Assembly: GCA_027619975.1 (NCBI GenBank)
Contig: JAQCGX010000004.1
Coordinates: forward strand, 25,508-89,507
Direction: 5' to 3'
Length of the DNA: 64,000 bases
Origin: Nitrospinota bacterium
GTDB taxonomy: Bacteria > Nitrospinota > Nitrospinia > Nitrospinales > VA-1
Shown here: positions 44,617 to 53,638 of the stretch, piece by piece
Position numbering within the stretch: the first letter of the stretch is position 1
How the letters are laid out: each line of letters starts with the position of its first letter
Made by a program: the position numbers and the translations under genes
The notes under the pieces: generated by a model
What the model was told of the DNA's origin: nothing
The model's input: the letters and a program-made list of their open reading frames with translations, nothing else
Databases searched by the model: none

Positions 44617-47076
44617 ATGCAAATTCGTGAAATACATATCAACGGTTTCGGGATTTTCTCCAACAAGCAGGTGACCGGTCTGACATCCGGGCTCAATGTG
44701 ATTTACGGAGAAAACGAAGCGGGAAAAACCACGCTGATCGAATTCATCCGCAAGATGTTTTTTGGTCTCCCACGCAAAACAAAGGAAACCAACCTCTACC
44801 CTCCTGTAAATGGAGGTCAGCATGGAGGCAAACTGAAATGTCAATCGGCTGCGGGAGAAACTCTTTTTATTTCCCGAAACCTTTCCGGCAAGGACGACAT
44901 CACCCTTTCCATCCCTGGCAGGGAATTGGGAGGAGCGTCTGATCTCGAATCCCTCCTGGATCATGCCTCCATTAATATTTTTCAAAACATTTTTGCTTTC
45001 ACGCTCGATGAACTGCAAAACCTGGACTCCCTGCAAGCGGAGGAAATCAGAAACCGCATTTACGGAGCGGAACTGGGTCTTGGAACCGTGTCTCTGAAAC
45101 AGGTGGAAGATTCCGTCAATAAACGGGCGAAGGACATTTTTCTTCCCGGTGGAAAGAAAACTAAAACCAATCTCCTGTGGAACGAAATAAAAACCCTGGA
45201 ACAGGATATCCGCAACATCCAAAACGAAGCGGAAGAATACGATCAATTGATGGGGCGCTTGGAATTTTGCGAAAGCCAACAAAACGCCAGGCAAATACAA
45301 ATAGAATCCCTGGAATCCACAATACGACACCTTGAAACCCTGGCCGGTTTATACAAGATGATCGATGCTGAAGAGGCCGGTCTTAATGAGTTGATAATCG
45401 AAAAAAAGTCCTTGTCCGTCAATCACGATTTGCTGACTCACGAAGCCGATATTATTTTTCTGCAACAATCGACACAGGCCATCCAATCGTCCTTGAACGA
45501 CCAAGTGACCGTGCAACGGGAAAAAACCGAGCTGGAAAATCAAATTCAGACAGGTCTCCATGAAATCGGAGTCTCCTGGAACGAGGACACGGTAAAACGT
45601 TTTGAATTTGACCGCAGTAAAAGCGATCACATCAAATCCGCCCTCAAAGCCTTTGAGGATCTACGGCAGGAAGTGACCCGAGCGGAAGACCGGCTGACGC
45701 AGCATCAGGAGAAAAAGGCCGAAGAGCTGTCAAAAGGGACCAGCATCCCCCCCTGGTTAAAATTCATCGCCGGCTGTCTTGCCGCCCTGGGGCTTACGGG
45801 CACCGTCTGGAGCCTGATGGAACTAAATATCCCACTTTTAGCCGCCAGCATTCTTTTTCTGCTTTTCGGCATTTTTATTTTCTGGAAAGCGGTTGCCGGA
45901 AAAAAGGATTTCATCCGGGAGGATCTCCTGGAAAAAAATCTGGAGGAAAAATTGGATCAGGCGCAGTTGGCATATAACCGGAAAAAGTTAGCTTGGCGCA
46001 CCTGGTTGCAGGAAATTTCCTTCGATGAAAAACTGGAGCCCTTGAGCGCCCAGGAAATTGCAAATACCATTAAAGAGATCAAAGGAAAAATTTTTCACAA
46101 AGGCGAGATCGAAGCACGTCTTAAGGAAATGTTTCAATTTGAAGCGGATATAAAACACCGGATAGAGAAAATAAAATCTTCCATTCCCGAAAATTCGTTG
46201 CGGGAGCATCTTCCCACCAATATTAAAATCATTTGCGACTTATTCACCCAGGCGAAGGAAAACCAGACTGAAAAGAATCAGAACGAAAAACAAATCCAGC
46301 AACAGAATTTTAAAATCGAAAAACTTAAAAATCAATTAAAGGAAACAGAACAATCGCTCGAACAAATTATCGGAAGGGCCGGGGCCGCTGACGACTTCTC
46401 CCCAGAAAACCGAATCATTGGAAATAGAAATTCCCTGCCGCAAGAACTGAATCTGGTATCCAACCAATTAAAGAAACTTGATGAAGAAAAAAACCGCTTG
46501 CACGAAACCATCGGGGAAACGCGAAACAAGCGGGATCAACTGATGTCCAATGAAGATCTGTTAATCCAACAGGAAGCCCTGGAAATCAAAAAACAAAATC
46601 TCAAAGAGTGCGCCCAGGAATGGTGCAAAGCAAAAATCGCCCTTTTCATGCTGGATGCCGCCAAGAGCCAGTATGAAGAAACCCGCCAGCCGGGAGTGTT
46701 GAAAGCGGCAAAAAAAGTTTTTTCCGAAATCACTGAAGGAAGGTACCCGCAGATCATCAAACCCATCGACGATGACGAAATCCTCATTGAAAATAAAACC
46801 GGCGATCGAAAAAAAGTCACCGAGATGAGCCGGGGAACCCGCGAGCAACTTTACCTGAGCATGCGCCTGGGGTTGATTGAGGAATACGAATCCCGTTCGG
46901 AGCCGTTACCCATCGTCATGGACGACGTTCTGGTCAATTTCGACGATCCCAGAAAAGCTCGGGTGATCGAAATGCTCAAGCAATTTGCCCAGTCCCGGCA
47001 GATCATCGTCCTCACCTGCCACAAGTCCTCCCTGCAAGACTATATAAAATCTGGGGCAACACGAATCCTGATATAA
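44617..47076 (+). CDS. SbcC/YhaN-like AAA ATPase with central TM hairpin
   Basis: 819 aa. Walker A GENEAGKTT, long coiled coils, a hydrophobic hairpin (…WLKFIAGCLAALGLTGTVWSL…LLAASILFLLFGIFIFW…), and C-terminal PIVMDDVLVNFD. Confidence 0.8.
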   Translation: MQIREIHINGFGIFSNKQVTGLTSGLNVIYGENEAGKTTLIEFIRKMFFGLPRKTKETNLYPPVNGGQHGGKLKCQSAAGETLFISRNLSGKDDITLSIPGRELGGASDLESLLDHASINIFQNIFAFTLDELQNLDSLQAEEIRNRIYGAELGLGTVSLKQVEDSVNKRAKDIFLPGGKKTKTNLLWNEIKTLEQDIRNIQNEAEEYDQLMGRLEFCESQQNARQIQIESLESTIRHLETLAGLYKMIDAEEAGLNELIIEKKSLSVNHDLLTHEADIIFLQQSTQAIQSSLNDQVTVQREKTELENQIQTGLHEIGVSWNEDTVKRFEFDRSKSDHIKSALKAFEDLRQEVTRAEDRLTQHQEKKAEELSKGTSIPPWLKFIAGCLAALGLTGTVWSLMELNIPLLAASILFLLFGIFIFWKAVAGKKDFIREDLLEKNLEEKLDQAQLAYNRKKLAWRTWLQEISFDEKLEPLSAQEIANTIKEIKGKIFHKGEIEARLKEMFQFEADIKHRIEKIKSSIPENSLREHLPTNIKIICDLFTQAKENQTEKNQNEKQIQQQNFKIEKLKNQLKETEQSLEQIIGRAGAADDFSPENRIIGNRNSLPQELNLVSNQLKKLDEEKNRLHETIGETRNKRDQLMSNEDLLIQQEALEIKKQNLKECAQEWCKAKIALFMLDAAKSQYEETRQPGVLKAAKKVFSEITEGRYPQIIKPIDDDEILIENKTGDRKKVTEMSRGTREQLYLSMRLGLIEEYESRSEPLPIVMDDVLVNFDDPRKARVIEMLKQFAQSRQIIVLTCHKSSLQDYIKSGATRILI

Positions 47077-47168
47077 ATCGTACGAGAAAACCGGCTCTCC
47101 CAAAAAACATTTGACTGAATGAGGAAGACCCGCAACTGGAAGCGTTTGAGCGAATTCACGAAACCTCT

Positions 47169-47483
47169 ATGGACCTCGGAGCCCTTGTTGAGGTAATCTT
47201 TGATGAGCGGGGTAATGGCGCAACCACGCCCTTTGAAAACGATATCGCCCTGGCTTTGCGCCTCACCCTCAACGATCCGGAAAGCACAGAAATCCTTATG
47301 GGTTTGGTTCAGGATATGACTGACAATGCGCGTTCTCTATTTCTGGAAACCAGCAGACGGTTCGGCGATCACTGGAAATTAAGTGTTGAAATACGAGCTT
47401 CATTCAGTCAACCTGCCAGTAACCTCTTTTACGATCAACGGGCCGATGACTTGGCCCGGATGTCATTAAATTATTACTTTTGA
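47169..47483 (+). CDS. hypothetical protein; possibly a C-terminal remnant of an outer-membrane beta-barrel
   Basis: 104 aa ending ...ARMSLNYYF (aromatic-terminal, beta-signal-like). It is too short for a barrel, and the frame is open only from 47115. Confidence 0.3.
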   Translation: MDLGALVEVIFDERGNGATTPFENDIALALRLTLNDPESTEILMGLVQDMTDNARSLFLETSRRFGDHWKLSVEIRASFSQPASNLFYDQRADDLARMSLNYYF

Positions 47484-47498
47484 TAAAGTTTTTATACT

Positions 47499-48827
47499 AT
47501 GAATCGATTAAAAACCAACCTGCTGGCGGTAGCCGCCTTGACGCTTGTTTCTCTCCATAGCGGGTCAGGAACCGCCGCAGGGGCTGATGCAAGCGCTCTC
47601 AACCAATTGTTGCAGGACAAAGCAATCCTTGAGAAACAGCACGGAATAAAATCCCTCGAATGTTTTCCCTTTATCAAGGGCATCGGTTTTACCGAAGATC
47701 AAATCCCCTTGATTAAAAACTGCCGCGCGGGAACTCGCAACCTGAAAGAAGCTCTCACTCAGGCTCCAGATGCTGATATCCAAACTGTGGGGATCAGTAC
47801 GAGATTTTTGCGAACCGGAGGTTTTCACACCCTCCTTGTCCCCTGGGACGCTTCCACGGACAACATGGTGGAGTTTCTTAAGAAAAATAAAAATGAAGAA
47901 GAGAAAAAAGAATTTCTCGAAAAAATCCATGCGTTGAAACGCTCGATCGCTCAAAAAATAAAAATCGAAGATCTCTATTGCGGACTAGAAATATCCAACG
48001 AGCAATGCCTGACGGGCTATCAAAATCTGGCCGCAGTGAACCCCGAAAATTCTCTCAAGAAAATGCAATGGCGGGAGATTGTGATCTCTGCGGATCATGG
48101 CCCGAAAAAAGATCCTTATACTTTGGCTTTGGGTTTCAACAGTCCGCCTCAAGAAATGCTGGGGCTCCTGCAAAAAGATGTCAACCAGATATGGTCTGTA
48201 AAAAAACGGGGGTACGAGGAAATTCAAGCGCAGTTCAGCCCGTCTTTCAAGGAAAGGTTGCAGTTGGAGAATTTCTTCTGCGAACCAGATCTTGCCCCGG
48301 AAGAATGCCAGCAAGGCGCTTTGAACTTGTTTCAAGCCAGCGAAAAAGATGTCTTACAGGAAAAGTTTTGGGGGCGGGTAACGATTGACCGATTCAACAC
48401 TATTATAAAGGATGATTTTCATGTCACCCTCCGCTACGACTTACCTCCAGTTGAAGTCATAAAGCATTTTTCCCAAAAACCCTCGCGCAAGGATGCCACC
48501 AAAAATACCCTCATGGCGGAAAAACTGGAAGGAAGGTCCAAAAACAACAGTGCCGGCCTAAGAGGAGTCTGCGATCTGGAGGGCCTTCGCTCGGAACTTT
48601 GCGCCAGGGCGTTTCAAAATTTTATCGATTTTTTGAAAAAAAACCAGGACTACCATGTGGTTGAACCCTGGACGAATCTTATGTTCGTAGATGGCACACA
48701 GTTGTCGAGAGTCAACTTCGCTCTCAATTCGTCATCCAGAGACACTTATATCTATGTGGATGCGAATACAAACCTGAAAGAAATGGAAGACTACTTAATG
48801 CTTTTCAAAGCTAAGGAGGGGAAGTGA
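47499..48827 (+). CDS. secreted protein with four ~100-aa Cys-loop modules
   Basis: 442 aa. Signal peptide MNRLKTNLLAVAALTLVSLHSGSGTAAGA. There are four repeats of C-x(8-21)-C-x2-[GA]-x2-N-[LF] followed by a similar beta-strand pattern. Confidence 0.65.
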   Translation: MNRLKTNLLAVAALTLVSLHSGSGTAAGADASALNQLLQDKAILEKQHGIKSLECFPFIKGIGFTEDQIPLIKNCRAGTRNLKEALTQAPDADIQTVGISTRFLRTGGFHTLLVPWDASTDNMVEFLKKNKNEEEKKEFLEKIHALKRSIAQKIKIEDLYCGLEISNEQCLTGYQNLAAVNPENSLKKMQWREIVISADHGPKKDPYTLALGFNSPPQEMLGLLQKDVNQIWSVKKRGYEEIQAQFSPSFKERLQLENFFCEPDLAPEECQQGALNLFQASEKDVLQEKFWGRVTIDRFNTIIKDDFHVTLRYDLPPVEVIKHFSQKPSRKDATKNTLMAEKLEGRSKNNSAGLRGVCDLEGLRSELCARAFQNFIDFLKKNQDYHVVEPWTNLMFVDGTQLSRVNFALNSSSRDTYIYVDANTNLKEMEDYLMLFKAKEGK

Positions 48828-48837
48828 CCGGGAGTTC

Positions 48838-49299
48838 TTATTCAGAGCTTACTTTACCTTCCCTGACTTCCTGAGGGAGCAGGTAATGGCGCGTATCATA
48901 TTCCATGGACGTTAAAACAAATTGTCTGGCCAAGCCGGCATCCAGGTTGATGACAAGGGGAGCGACGAGGTTCGCCGTCATTTCAAAATAGTTTTCAGGA
49001 ACGGTGACAATCGCCCTTGTCATAATTGTATTTCCAGGCTCAAACCGGATTTGTTTTTTTTCATTTTCCGTCAATTTCACCGAATAACCAGGGACATAAA
49101 GAAACGGATCGGTGATTACAAAAGCCAGGCGCGGCGTTTGCAATGACTGTAGCCATTCCATGGGGCTTTCTATATTGGGATCGAAAGGCAAGCGGAGAAA
49201 ATCCCTTTCATTCTCGAACCCATAAAGACCGACCGGAAAATTAAGAATTTCGCTATCCTTTACTTCGAGACTGCCAAACCGTGTCGTTTTGTATATCAT
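48838..49299 (-). CDS. fliW: flagellar assembly factor FliW
   Basis: 153 aa. ...FGSLEVKDSEILNFPVGLYGFENERDF...AFVITDPF... is typical of FliW. There is a 4-nt overlap with csrA. Confidence 0.85.
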   Translation of the reverse strand: MIYKTTRFGSLEVKDSEILNFPVGLYGFENERDFLRLPFDPNIESPMEWLQSLQTPRLAFVITDPFLYVPGYSVKLTENEKKQIRFEPGNTIMTRAIVTVPENYFEMTANLVAPLVINLDAGLARQFVLTSMEYDTRHYLLPQEVREGKVSSE

Positions 49300-49535
49300 G
49301 TTTCCAGATTATCTCTTACAAGCTTAGAAATTTTACCAAAATCAACATCGACTGGGGTGGCGGCAGAACGATTTTCCTGCTTGATCCGTAAAAATACCTC
49401 TTCACGATAAATTTTCGTTTCCCTCGGTGCCTCAATCCCCAAACGAATATTTTTTCCTTTTACATCTATAACGGTTATTTTTACTTCTTCATTAATTTTA
49501 ATACTCTCGCCAATTCTTCTTGTGAGGACAAGCAT
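49296..49535 (-). CDS. csrA: carbon storage regulator CsrA
   Basis: 79 aa. MLVLTRRIGESIKINEEVKITVIDVKGKNIRLGIEAPRETKIYREEV. Confidence 0.92.
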   Translation of the reverse strand: MLVLTRRIGESIKINEEVKITVIDVKGKNIRLGIEAPRETKIYREEVFLRIKQENRSAATPVDVDFGKISKLVRDNLET

Positions 49536-49647
49536 CGGTGGATTCCATTCCGTAATATTGGCAAATTGATTATAAAACCGAAGTATAGCAGAATGGATAG
49601 CGAATTTTAATTATTTGTTGAGGCATTCATTATTCTGGGGTTATTCA

Positions 49648-49675
49648 TTGACAGAGGTAGGTTGTTTATGATAAT
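49648..49675 (+). promoter_or_regulatory. candidate sigma70 promoter for tRNA-Phe
   Basis: TTGACA-16 nt-GATAAT, with the -10 element ending 38 nt upstream of the mature tRNA 5' end. Confidence 0.45.
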
Positions 49676-49712
49676 TTCCGCTCTTTCCTCTGCAAAGTAA
49701 AGCATTTCCAAT

Positions 49713-50356
<644 letters not shown>

Positions 50357-50513
50357 TACGGCCAAAGACAATCAAAATGTTTTCAATAATTTGATTATAC
50401 CATGCAACATTAAAATCTCTTAACTTGACATATCAAGGCAAAATTCTAAAATAGACTCGAATTTAGCAGGCATCCACAGTCGACCATAGAATCTACTTTA
50501 CCGGGGAAATACG

Positions 50514-50756
50514 ATGAACATTCGGAAAAAATATTCAAATTCAGGATTCCGATTTTCCTTACCTATTGTGGGTTATATCATTTTTGTTTTTATTTGCCAG
50601 GCAGTATTTTTGCCCAACGCTTTCTCCAAGGTGCAAGGGAAAATCACCCGCGGGGAATTCATCAAGATAATGGCTCAACATCAACCCGAGAATCCCCTTT
50701 TTCCGAAAAATCCCGCCGGGCTTCCTGATAAAGAATTATACGCCCAAACGGTCTAG
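50514..50756 (+). CDS. signal-anchor N-terminal segment of a FecR-domain gene (ends at an in-frame TAG)
   Basis: 80 aa with a hydrophobic helix LPIVGYIIFVFICQAVFL. It is in the same frame as 50811..51695, with only one stop (50754-50756) between them. Confidence 0.5.
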   Translation: MNIRKKYSNSGFRFSLPIVGYIIFVFICQAVFLPNAFSKVQGKITRGEFIKIMAQHQPENPLFPKNPAGLPDKELYAQTV

Positions 50757-50810
50757 TCTCTAAAACAACAGGGCTTTAATACTTTAGAAGGCAAAGGCTC
50801 GGACGATCCA

Positions 50811-51695
50811 TTGAAGGATATTGAGTTTATAACCGTGACCTACGCTTTTACCGGAGCGCCTGCAGGGAAAAGCCTTCTCGATCAAAAACTTTATTTAAAA
50901 GAGGCCGGAATTGTTATTTCCGCCGATATCGGCCTGGCCACAGGTGTCGAGGGAAAAGTTTTTCAGTTTGCCGAAGGAGATAAGACAGGAAGACGTACCG
51001 AGCTGGCTTCCCCCGTATTCATGAATGATCGGATCAACACCGCCGTGAATTCCAAAGTTTCTTTTGCTTTCGATGATGCCAGCACACTCTCCCTTGGGGA
51101 AAATGCCAAGGTCAATATCACCAAACATATTTACGACCCGGATCAGGAATTACGGCAAACTGTCGTCCAGGTTTCCCTGGGAGCGGTTCGGTTTGTTGTG
51201 ACCAAGGCAAAATCCAAGGATTCCACTTTTGAAGTCATCACCCCTGCGGGCATTGCCGGAGTGCGGGGAACAGAGTTTGTTGTCTTCGTTGAGCCCAGCG
51301 GGAAAACCACCTTCGTTGGGCTCGAAGGCTCCATTGAAACCATTCCAATGTCTCCGACAGGACGCCCGGGAATGCCTCAGATTGTTTCCCGTGGGCAAAC
51401 TCTGGAAGTCTCGGAATATGGGAAGGCCGCATGGGTCACCAAGGCCCCTTCTAACCTGCTGCAAAAAGCCAAACAGGAAACCACTATCCAGCATACGATT
51501 TTCCCAAATCGGGGCATCACCGAAGCCCAGGCCGAAAAAGCGGCGGAAACCGCTAAAGTGGCTCGATTGGCCCATGATGCCGAAGAGAAAAACAACACTG
51601 TCCCTGGAGGTGGAGACCTCAAAACAAATCCTATGCCCAACGATAAAGAAAATTTTTCCAAGGCGCCTTTGAAATTGGAAAAGTTTTTGGGATAA
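50811..51695 (+). CDS. FecR domain-containing protein (segment downstream of the TAG)
   Basis: 294 aa; the track start is a TTG. FecR-type beta-sandwich pattern ...INTAVNSKVSFAFDDASTLSLGENAKVNI...LGAVRFVV...GIAGVRGTEFVV... Confidence 0.7.
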   Translation: MKDIEFITVTYAFTGAPAGKSLLDQKLYLKEAGIVISADIGLATGVEGKVFQFAEGDKTGRRTELASPVFMNDRINTAVNSKVSFAFDDASTLSLGENAKVNITKHIYDPDQELRQTVVQVSLGAVRFVVTKAKSKDSTFEVITPAGIAGVRGTEFVVFVEPSGKTTFVGLEGSIETIPMSPTGRPGMPQIVSRGQTLEVSEYGKAAWVTKAPSNLLQKAKQETTIQHTIFPNRGITEAQAEKAAETAKVARLAHDAEEKNNTVPGGGDLKTNPMPNDKENFSKAPLKLEKFLG

Positions 51696-52227
51696 TAGGA
51701 AAAATTTTTCAAATTCCCTTTCTCCGCCCTCTAATCTTGTTTGTTCTTTTTCCGTAAAGCCCCCACCAGCAATAGGCGCTATAAAAATCGAGCTGGATTT
51801 CAGATGTAAAATTGTGACCCCGGTCACTAGATTGTGTGACTCCTATCCTACCCCCACTTTCCATAACGCTATACGCTTATAACTGAGGTTAAATGCATTT
51901 CTAAATACCGGAAGTTCCTGAATTGAGGCTCGATATGGATTTTCCTTTTGGCATTCCATTAGTAAGAACTCAAAAGATCCCCCCGAAGCCCTGCCTTAAA
52001 GTATCCTTCCTGGCTGGTATCGGTGCATCTTACACAAGACAATTAAATCATTCACCAGCCCATCAAAAATCTCAGGAAGATCTTTTAGCAATAGGGAAGT
52101 AAACAAGGTCCGTTTGGCAAAGTTCGCCTCCTTTTCTTTGTCTCCGACCCTATGGCCGGGCACCCCCCAATTCCCTTCCAAAGGGTCGGAGGCGGACCTT
52201 TCCATTATCAAACCCGGACACCATTAA

Positions 52228-52402
52228 GGGCATCTCTAAAAATTGACAACGACGCCGAATCGCCAATTCAAAGAAGCGTCTTTTGTTTTAGTAGGACAGG
52301 CGACCTACCCTTAAATTTAAGGATAGGTCGCCCGTGCCACTGATTTAAGAAACTTTTGCACACGATTCTATTTTCTGTGAAAACTAATTTTTAGAGATGC
52401 CC
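52228..52402 (+). mobile_element. MITE copy E (175 bp, perfect 17-bp TIR)
   Basis: GGGCATCTCTAAAAATT ... AATTTTTAGAGATGCCC, flanked by TTAA (52224-52227) and TTAA (52403-52406). Confidence 0.88.
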
Positions 52403-52503
52403 TTAAATCTAAAATTTCAACTGGCAGGGTTTTGTTCGGATTTTCTTGAATCCTTTAGGAGGCTAAGAATATCTTATAGAAAGGTAGCATTGCTAATCCC
52501 TCT

Positions 52504-52548
52504 CTACCGCCTATCGGGAGCGTCACTGTTCCCGGTAGGTTTTTTTTT
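52504..52548 (+). terminator. possible intrinsic terminator with no upstream gene
   Basis: CTACCG...GGGA-loop-TCCC-CGGTAG imperfect hairpin followed by G and T9. Nothing is annotated on the + strand between MITE E and this site. Confidence 0.35.
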
Positions 52549-52591
52549 GCCGAAGTCATATCCCAAAAACCGTTTTCATTAAGAGTGGCCC

Positions 52592-52780
52592 ATGGAATTT
52601 TATGAGAAAATCAACGACTGTCTGAAGGAAATAAAAGCGGAAAATGAAAATTTCAACAAGGCTCAGGAACCTGAGGATCAGATCGAAGCCCTAAAAGAAA
52701 TGCTGGATGGATTCATGCAGGGCGCACAAAGCGTGCGCGAAAAAATTGACAGCTACAATGACCGCCGGTGGCAACGGTAG
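52592..52780 (+). CDS. small hypothetical helical protein
   Basis: 62-aa ORF, MEFYEKINDCLKEIKAENENFNKAQEPEDQIEALKEMLDGFMQGAQSVREKIDSYNDRRWQR. There is no clear SD and no homology is recognised. Confidence 0.3.
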   Translation: MEFYEKINDCLKEIKAENENFNKAQEPEDQIEALKEMLDGFMQGAQSVREKIDSYNDRRWQR

Positions 52781-52840
52781 ATAAAGAAAAGATAGGGGCT
52801 GGGGTCGCCCCTATCCTTACCTTAATTGAGCCGCTCCCGC

Positions 52841-53623
52841 CTAAAACATTTGCAGTGATTTCAGGCTGGGCAAGGTCGCGGTTTTTTCAAGATTCAAGGC
52901 GGTGTCCACATCCACACTATTCCGAACCAAAACCAAAGTTTCCAGTTGGGTCAGAAACTTGGACTGCACCAAAGCTTTAATACCTTCCGGTCCAATTTGG
53001 TTGTTGTACAAATCCAGACTTTTCAGATTGGACAAATGTGGCGAATTGGCAATCGCGATTGCCCCTTGATCGGTGATTTGATTCGCATCCAGATTGAGAA
53101 CCGTCAGGTGGCTGGCGTTGGCAGACTGGACCAGGGCGCTCACGCCTTCGTCTCCCAACTTGTTGCGGGTCAGTTTCAACTCCTTCAACTGTCCAAGATG
53201 CGGAGACTCCGCCAGCATCTTTCCTCCCGCGCCCGTGAGATCGTTGCCCCAAAGATTCAGCAGTTCCACATGCTTAAAGGTTTCCGATTGTGCGAGAATA
53301 CCTACTCCTTCATCTCCCAACTTGTTCCCCTGCAGGGCAAGAGAAACGACATTCGTAAGTTCCGGGGATGACGCCAGAACGGACATTCCCTTAACGCCGA
53401 TCTCCGAATTATTAAGGTTGATCCCTTTCCCATCGGGGCTGGTTCTTTCTTTAATATGAGCCGGAATATCCGCCGGCGGTCCTTTGTGCCTGCTGTAGCC
53501 GTGATGCCCTCCGCCTTTTTTGCCTTCTTTACCCGCGTGCTTACTCGGGTCATAGCCCCAACTTGATTGCGCGAGAAAAAGTATCGCAATTGCGGGGACA
53601 GCCCATTTTAAAAAATTGTGCAT
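52841..53623 (-). CDS. secreted leucine-rich repeat protein (ribonuclease-inhibitor-type LRR)
   Basis: 260 aa. Signal peptide, then a G/H/K-rich linker, then about seven 27-28-aa units such as LNLWGNDLTGAGGKMLAESPHLGQLKE and LKLTRNKLGDEGVSALVQSANASHLTV. Confidence 0.8.
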   Translation of the reverse strand: MHNFLKWAVPAIAILFLAQSSWGYDPSKHAGKEGKKGGGHHGYSRHKGPPADIPAHIKERTSPDGKGINLNNSEIGVKGMSVLASSPELTNVVSLALQGNKLGDEGVGILAQSETFKHVELLNLWGNDLTGAGGKMLAESPHLGQLKELKLTRNKLGDEGVSALVQSANASHLTVLNLDANQITDQGAIAIANSPHLSNLKSLDLYNNQIGPEGIKALVQSKFLTQLETLVLVRNSVDVDTALNLEKTATLPSLKSLQMF

Positions 53624-53638
53624 TACAAATTCTCCATT

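Noticed and set aside
44467-45330. 287-aa minus-strand ORF
   Set aside because: It is antisense to the 3' end of the sbcD-like gene and the 5' end of the sbcC-like gene, both of which carry clear catalytic motifs.
50754-50756. The in-frame TAG as a pyrrolysine codon
   Set aside because: No pyl genes or methylamine methyltransferase context is visible, and TAG is used as an ordinary stop elsewhere in the window, for example by valS at 31389-31391. A nonsense mutation or sequencing error is more parsimonious.
51150-51827. 225-aa minus-strand ORF overlapping the FecR-domain gene
   Set aside because: It is antisense to a recognisable FecR domain and has no features of its own.
51996-52211. 71-aa minus-strand ORF as a transposase or toxin fragment
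   Set aside because: It has no catalytic or family motif that I can name and no SD. I kept it only as part of the low-interest note on the gene-poor stretch.
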